This document shows, piece after piece, positions 59,504 to 64,000 of a stretch of DNA of 64,000 nucleotides. Made by a program: the position numbers and the translations under genes. Source of the DNA: a virus; the IMG/VR virus record IMGVR_UViG_3300022074_000021, positions 1-64,000 of that record. One strand, 5' to 3'. A model generated the notes under the pieces. That model ran no database searches. It was not told the DNA's origin and was given only the letters and a program-made list of their open reading frames with translations. Position 1 is the first letter of the stretch. Every line of letters begins with the position of its first letter.

Positions 59504-60357
59504 TGAGAAAAAAAGTACTTATATTAGGTAGAGGTTATGTGGGTGACTATATATTAGCTAATATGGCAAAAAATCCTGTAATTGATATTGATGTCTATTC
59601 TAAGGCAGAATATGATTACACAGATGAATATTACCTACGTGATCTAATCCAAGAGCATCGTTATAATTATCTAATTAATGCTCAAGGCTTTACAGGTCGA
59701 CCAAACGTCGATCAAGCTGAAGCTATGAAAGAGGATTGTTGGAAGTATAATGTACAAGTACCTTTGATGTTTAGTAGAGTATGTAAAGATTTGAACGTTC
59801 AACCTATCCATATTACATCAGGTTGTATATTTACGGGTTACGATAAAGCGTGGAGTGAAGCTGATGAGCCAAACTTTGGTGTATTTAACTCTGATGCGTC
59901 GTTTTACTCTACTTGTAAACATGCATTCGAATCAGTAAACGACTTCGGCATTACTATACGTATTCGTATGCCATTTTGTAATATTCTCCATGATAGATCA
60001 TACCTAACTAAGATTCATAAGTATGATAATCTTATTCAAGCAGTTAATTCTAAAACATATATTCCAGAATTAGTAGACTTTATTGAAACTCTTGTAGAAG
60101 ACGGTCGTACAGGTACCGATACAATTCACTTCTGTAACCCGGAGCCTCTCTCTACATCAGATGTTGTTGATATTATGAGAGGGTTTGAATTAGAAAATCT
60201 AAATTGGTCATGGGTAGATATTGAAGATCTTAACCTTGCAGCTGGTCGTTCAAACTGCACTCTCGATACAACAAAAGTTAAGGAAGAATATGGATATACT
60301 TTATCAACAGAACGAGAAGCGTTACAAAAGAGCTTAGCTGCTATTACAGCTGCTTGA
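59503..60357 (+). CDS. NDP-4-keto-6-deoxyglucose 3,5-epimerase/4-reductase (RmlD-fold, NRS/ER-like)
   Basis: G.GYVG, GFTGRPNVD..E, H.TSGCIF, YSTCK (YxxxK), RIRMP. Confidence 0.8.
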   Translation: MRKKVLILGRGYVGDYILANMAKNPVIDIDVYSKAEYDYTDEYYLRDLIQEHRYNYLINAQGFTGRPNVDQAEAMKEDCWKYNVQVPLMFSRVCKDLNVQPIHITSGCIFTGYDKAWSEADEPNFGVFNSDASFYSTCKHAFESVNDFGITIRIRMPFCNILHDRSYLTKIHKYDNLIQAVNSKTYIPELVDFIETLVEDGRTGTDTIHFCNPEPLSTSDVVDIMRGFELENLNWSWVDIEDLNLAAGRSNCTLDTTKVKEEYGYTLSTEREALQKSLAAITAA

Positions 60358-60373
60358 TTAAATAAGTATGTAG

Positions 60374-61897
60374 ATGAGCTTTAATATTTTCGAGAATACT
60401 AATCTTGATTTCGATGTGTCGTTAATCAAGATGTCACGTACCCGAGATGAAAATAAAACTCTTAAAGATGTAATTGAGAGTACTACACCTATTGAACCTG
60501 CTGCAGTACTTAGTTTGGATTTACGTGAATCATCTTTGGGGATGGGATTTGTCGGTAGCATTACTATAAATAATAAATTTAAAATATTAGATAATTTAGA
60601 TATTACTACTAATAGTCCTCATGAGGTTTACATTGCAATTAAAATAACAGATCTTGATTTGCAACAGATTGCTGATATACCAGCAGAAGATAAGTGTATC
60701 ACATTGATCGGATTTATTAATAATACATCGTCTGGAGCAATTAATATTATTGATACGGTAGTTGTATTTGAATTTGAAGAAGCTTTTATAGCTGCTTTAA
60801 AACAAACACAAACCTTGCGTAATTTTTTTAATGAAGACAATATTGATGTTATATCTCTTGCAAATAAATTTAATCGACAACTATTTAAATTAGGAAACGA
60901 AGATGAAGATATAGTTACGGCCGACTCTGTTACACCTAATATAAAGCATAATATTAAAACTGCTTTCAATAATCATGACGGTAATGATCCTAGCGTGTAT
61001 GATGCAATGCAAGAAATGCTGAAAGAAACAACAGCCGGCGAGGTTGTATACGATAAACCAGGCCGGGTCTCCTTTTTTAGGTTTGTTAATCGTCTTTCTG
61101 ATTTTGAAGATGATAATAGTGAGGTTATTAGACAATTGCAGTTTGGACCATTTCTATCAGATAGACATTTACAATTTGTTAGATCAGTTTTAGAAAACAA
61201 TCTTGATGGTGATTATAGTGATGTATATACAGAAAAATTTACACTAGGTCCTTTAGCCGAAGCATCCGATGATCCTAGTACAAATTTATACAATAACATT
61301 GAATCCTATAATATTAGCCGTGCTAACACTGGTGAACTAAAAGAGACAATATGGGGAGATTATCGTTTAGATAAAATTATTCCTGGTCAGGACCTATCTA
61401 TCCCTTCTCCCACTACAAAACGTTTTTCAAAAATACAAAAAGACTTTATTAAAATTAATTTACCGGATTTGCCAGTAGGGTTAAATTTACCAGTTTTTAT
61501 AGATGGAGAGTTAAAAGATTTTCATATAGACTTTAATGCTACTTCCAGTAATGATGATGTAGACCGGTCTAGAATTCAAAATCAAAACAAAATAGCCAAC
61601 TTAGTACATAAAAGCTTTTTAACTATAGTAGAGACAATTACATTTAAGGTCAAAGGTAGTGTAATTAGACGTCCTAATACATTTATTTGGATTGAAAATG
61701 GTAAAGAAGAAGAACCATATAAAAAGCTGTGGTATGTAAATAGTGTCGAACATGTTTTTGCTAGTGGAAAATATACTACAAGCATAGTAGCAACTAAAAT
61801 ATTTGGAAATGTTACGCTAAACGATTTTGGAGTTAGTCTTGGTGAGATACCATTAGGAGGGACTGATGGTCGACCCGACCGCACCGGTGAGGCTTAA
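60374..61897 (+). CDS. baseplate hub protein (gp27/GPD-like)
   Basis: N-terminal L.L.ES....GF.GSITI; C-terminal ITF.V.G...RRP..FI.I...W.V..V.H.F..G.Y.T.I.A.K. Confidence 0.6.
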   Translation: MSFNIFENTNLDFDVSLIKMSRTRDENKTLKDVIESTTPIEPAAVLSLDLRESSLGMGFVGSITINNKFKILDNLDITTNSPHEVYIAIKITDLDLQQIADIPAEDKCITLIGFINNTSSGAINIIDTVVVFEFEEAFIAALKQTQTLRNFFNEDNIDVISLANKFNRQLFKLGNEDEDIVTADSVTPNIKHNIKTAFNNHDGNDPSVYDAMQEMLKETTAGEVVYDKPGRVSFFRFVNRLSDFEDDNSEVIRQLQFGPFLSDRHLQFVRSVLENNLDGDYSDVYTEKFTLGPLAEASDDPSTNLYNNIESYNISRANTGELKETIWGDYRLDKIIPGQDLSIPSPTTKRFSKIQKDFIKINLPDLPVGLNLPVFIDGELKDFHIDFNATSSNDDVDRSRIQNQNKIANLVHKSFLTIVETITFKVKGSVIRRPNTFIWIENGKEEEPYKKLWYVNSVEHVFASGKYTTSIVATKIFGNVTLNDFGVSLGEIPLGGTDGRPDRTGEA

Positions 61898-61929
61898 TAG
61901 TTGATTATTTTATATACCTACATTAATAT
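61898..61929 (+). promoter_or_regulatory. sigma70-like promoter
   Basis: TAGTTGATT-N17-TAATAT. Confidence 0.6.
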
Positions 61930-61935
61930 AAACGT

Positions 61936-62505
61936 ATGCATAACCAAGTAGTAGACTCCCATAAGAGTACTGTCTATAAGAAGCTTAAGGCACAAAGTCC
62001 TTTAGATGTAGTCGCTTTTACTGCAGGTAACTTTGATATTATTCACCCTGGTTATACAGCTACGTTTGAAGAGGCTAAAAGACATTGTGATAAGTTCATA
62101 GTATTCTTGCATGGTGATCCTTCTGCTACTCGTAATACAAAATATAGGCCAGTAGTACCATACTACGACCGTTATAAGATGCTCATGTCTATTAAGCATA
62201 TTGATGAAGTCTATATGTACCAGACAGAAAAAGAACTTTTAGAGCTTATGAAGACTTTTGATCTTGATGTCCGTATTTTAGGAGAAGATTATCTTGGTAA
62301 ACCTTTTACTGGTGATGACTTAGACCATGAAGTTATATATACAACGAGATCACATGAATGGTCTACAACTAAGTTTAAGAATCGTATTGCAGCTATGACT
62401 ATGATTCAGAATGAGAAGCTACGCAATAGGGTGTTAGCTCTACTTAACGATGAGGATGCATCAGATGATATACTTAAAGGTGACTTTACAGAATTAGAGA
62501 AATGA
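61936..62505 (+). CDS. cytidylyltransferase (TagD/RfaE-like HxGH nucleotidyltransferase)
   Basis: AGNFDIIHPGY, K.RP......R, LGEDY, R.H..STT. Confidence 0.85.
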   Translation: MHNQVVDSHKSTVYKKLKAQSPLDVVAFTAGNFDIIHPGYTATFEEAKRHCDKFIVFLHGDPSATRNTKYRPVVPYYDRYKMLMSIKHIDEVYMYQTEKELLELMKTFDLDVRILGEDYLGKPFTGDDLDHEVIYTTRSHEWSTTKFKNRIAAMTMIQNEKLRNRVLALLNDEDASDDILKGDFTELEK

Positions 62506-63446
62506 AAGAACAATATAATTACCTCGTAACTGGAGGTGCAGGATTTATTGGCTCACATGTAATCGATGAGCTGCTTAAGCGAGATGACATTTATAGGATA
62601 TATGTTATTGATAAGCTAGGTATGGGTTCTGATATGGATAACGTGGCCGATGATAACCGCGTTAAGTTTATTTTTGAAGATATTGCAAGTGAAATAGCAT
62701 ATGAATATCTTCCCCGGGTTGATTATATTTTACATCTAGCTGCTGAGTCACATGTTGATCGATCTATTACCGATCCTCTTGCATGTATAACTAGTAACGT
62801 AATGGGTACTGCAAAAGTCTTAGATTTAGCCAGTACAGATCAGGCAAGACTAGTTCATGTATCTACAGATGAAGTTTATGGTCATCTTCAAATAGATGAA
62901 CCTCCGTTTACAGAAGAGACTGCATTAGCTCCTCGTAGCCCTTATTCTGCTACCAAGGCCGGATCGGATCTATTAGTACAGTCATACATTACAACCTATG
63001 GTATCAATGCATCAATTACCCGTTGCTGTAACAACTATGGTCCAAGGCAAGCTTGTGAGAAGCTTATACCTACAGTAATTGATAAGCTAGTTAAAGATGA
63101 GCCTATTCCTATCTATGGTAATGGCCAGAATATTCGGGAGTGGATTCATGTTACTGATCATGCTAAAGCTATCATTGAGGTGTTGCATACTGGTCATACT
63201 GATACTGTATACAATATTCCGGGTAGCCTCCATTTAACTAATCTCGAGATGGTCGATAAGATCATTGAAAAAGTTCTCGAGTTTAAATCAGAGATCAACC
63301 CATCAATTGAGTTTGTAGAAGATCGTGCAGGTCATGATTTTAAATACTCTATAAGTACAAAACACTCTTTAAACTCAGTTAGAGAGCAAAGAGACTTTGA
63401 TTTAACTGATACAATAGAATATTATTTAAAAAAACTAGTTGATTAA
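62502..63446 (+). CDS. rmlB: dTDP-glucose 4,6-dehydratase
   Basis: VTGGAGFIGS, HLAAESHVDRS, VSTDEVYG, PYSATKA, NNYGP.Q..EKLIP, REWIHV.DH, DRAGHD. Confidence 0.95.
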   Translation: MKEQYNYLVTGGAGFIGSHVIDELLKRDDIYRIYVIDKLGMGSDMDNVADDNRVKFIFEDIASEIAYEYLPRVDYILHLAAESHVDRSITDPLACITSNVMGTAKVLDLASTDQARLVHVSTDEVYGHLQIDEPPFTEETALAPRSPYSATKAGSDLLVQSYITTYGINASITRCCNNYGPRQACEKLIPTVIDKLVKDEPIPIYGNGQNIREWIHVTDHAKAIIEVLHTGHTDTVYNIPGSLHLTNLEMVDKIIEKVLEFKSEINPSIEFVEDRAGHDFKYSISTKHSLNSVREQRDFDLTDTIEYYLKKLVD

Positions 63447-63466
63447 AAAATAAACGTAGATAAAAT
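63436..63466 (+). promoter_or_regulatory. sigma70-like promoter
   Basis: TAGTTGATT-N16-TAAAAT. Confidence 0.55.
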
Positions 63467-63476
63467 ATAATATATT

Positions 63477-63665
63477 ATGGGTAAGAAGACATTTCCACGT
63501 AAACCTTTTAGGTTCGGTAAATTTATTATCGAATATAAAGAGTGTCCAAAGAGCCCGGTTCATTTCTTGAAGGAAGAAATAAATACAGCGGCAGAAGCAG
63601 AGAGTGTAGCCAACCGGTTAAAACAGCAAGGATACGATAAGGTATTAATTAAGCAGGTAGGTTAA
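63477..63665 (+). CDS. small hypothetical protein
   Basis: 62 aa ORF after the promoter. Confidence 0.6.
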   Translation: MGKKTFPRKPFRFGKFIIEYKECPKSPVHFLKEEINTAAEAESVANRLKQQGYDKVLIKQVG

Positions 63666-63949
63666 TGATTAATGGCAGTGATTTAGAAAATATGACCTGT
63701 ATACACCGGAAGCATTTTAGCGATATCGGTCTACCAAAAGAAGGTACAATAGTTAGTATATACTACAAATATGATAAGAGTTATAATCAGTTGCTTATAA
63801 ATGATTATTCAATACAATTAGTAGTAGATGGAAGAGTTGGTAATAATGTAGCAGATAAAAATAATATTATATCTAGTGAAGTTTACGATTTTTTTTTTAA
63901 AACAACTTATATGGAATTACTTAAACACGTTTTAACACAAATAAAATAA
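63665..63949 (+). CDS. hypothetical protein
   Basis: 94 aa ORF with TAATG coupling. Confidence 0.6.
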   Translation: MINGSDLENMTCIHRKHFSDIGLPKEGTIVSIYYKYDKSYNQLLINDYSIQLVVDGRVGNNVADKNNIISSEVYDFFFKTTYMELLKHVLTQIK

Positions 63950-63952
63950 ATA

Positions 63953-64000
63953 ATGGAAGCAAATATTAATAACTTTCTATTTAAATTAGATAGAAAAAAT
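63953..64000 (+). CDS. 5' end of a gene running off the window (MEANINNFLFKLDRKN...)
   Basis: ATG 3 nt after the previous stop; open to the window edge. Confidence 0.5.
   Translation, partial: MEANINNFLFKLDRKN

Noticed and set aside
2704-62199. Many short ORF-track entries antisense to or nested in confident genes (e.g. 2704-2922, 31519-31959, 39344-39658, 54553-55291, 60358-61884)
   Set aside because: They overlap well-supported genes on the opposite strand or in another frame, and have no promoter or recognisable motifs.
1-64000. tRNA (including tRNA-Sec) or rRNA genes
   Set aside because: Intergenic gaps are very short and none showed a cloverleaf by eye; a tRNAscan-SE/Aragorn run would be needed to exclude them formally.

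Overview
This AT-rich, gene-dense window comes from a large T4-like contractile-tailed dsDNA phage. Replication genes include RNase H/5'-3' exonuclease, primase gp61, clamp loader gp44, dUTPase and a PD-(D/E)XK nuclease. Morphogenesis genes include terminase gp17 and a probable gp16, sheath gp18, tube gp19, gp3, gp14, baseplate gp6/gp25/gp53/gp26-like/gp27-like, and tail-fibre proteins. There is also an NDP-sugar/glycosyltransferase cluster, two giant Ser/Thr/Pro mucin-like fibre proteins, and an accessory island (about 30.8-39.8 kb). The island's DUF1549/DUF1553 + DUF1501 pair and outer-membrane beta-barrel point to a PVC-superphylum host (Verrucomicrobia or Planctomycetes). Top find: a 159-codon late gene missed by the ORF track (36619-37098, minus strand) has one in-frame UGA in an HD-UGA-ASH motif, followed directly by a bacterial SECIS-like hairpin, so it is a candidate phage-encoded selenoprotein. 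It converges on a gene ending in nine CGSC (CXXC) repeats. Also notable: 19 late starts have a TAAATA late-promoter core exactly 5 nt before the start codon (probably leaderless mRNAs), one gene has a nested in-frame late start, and several capsid-targeted basic proteins are built of EDAE-delimited modules. No rRNA, tRNA, CRISPR array or IS element was seen. Family assignments come from motif recognition, not database searches.
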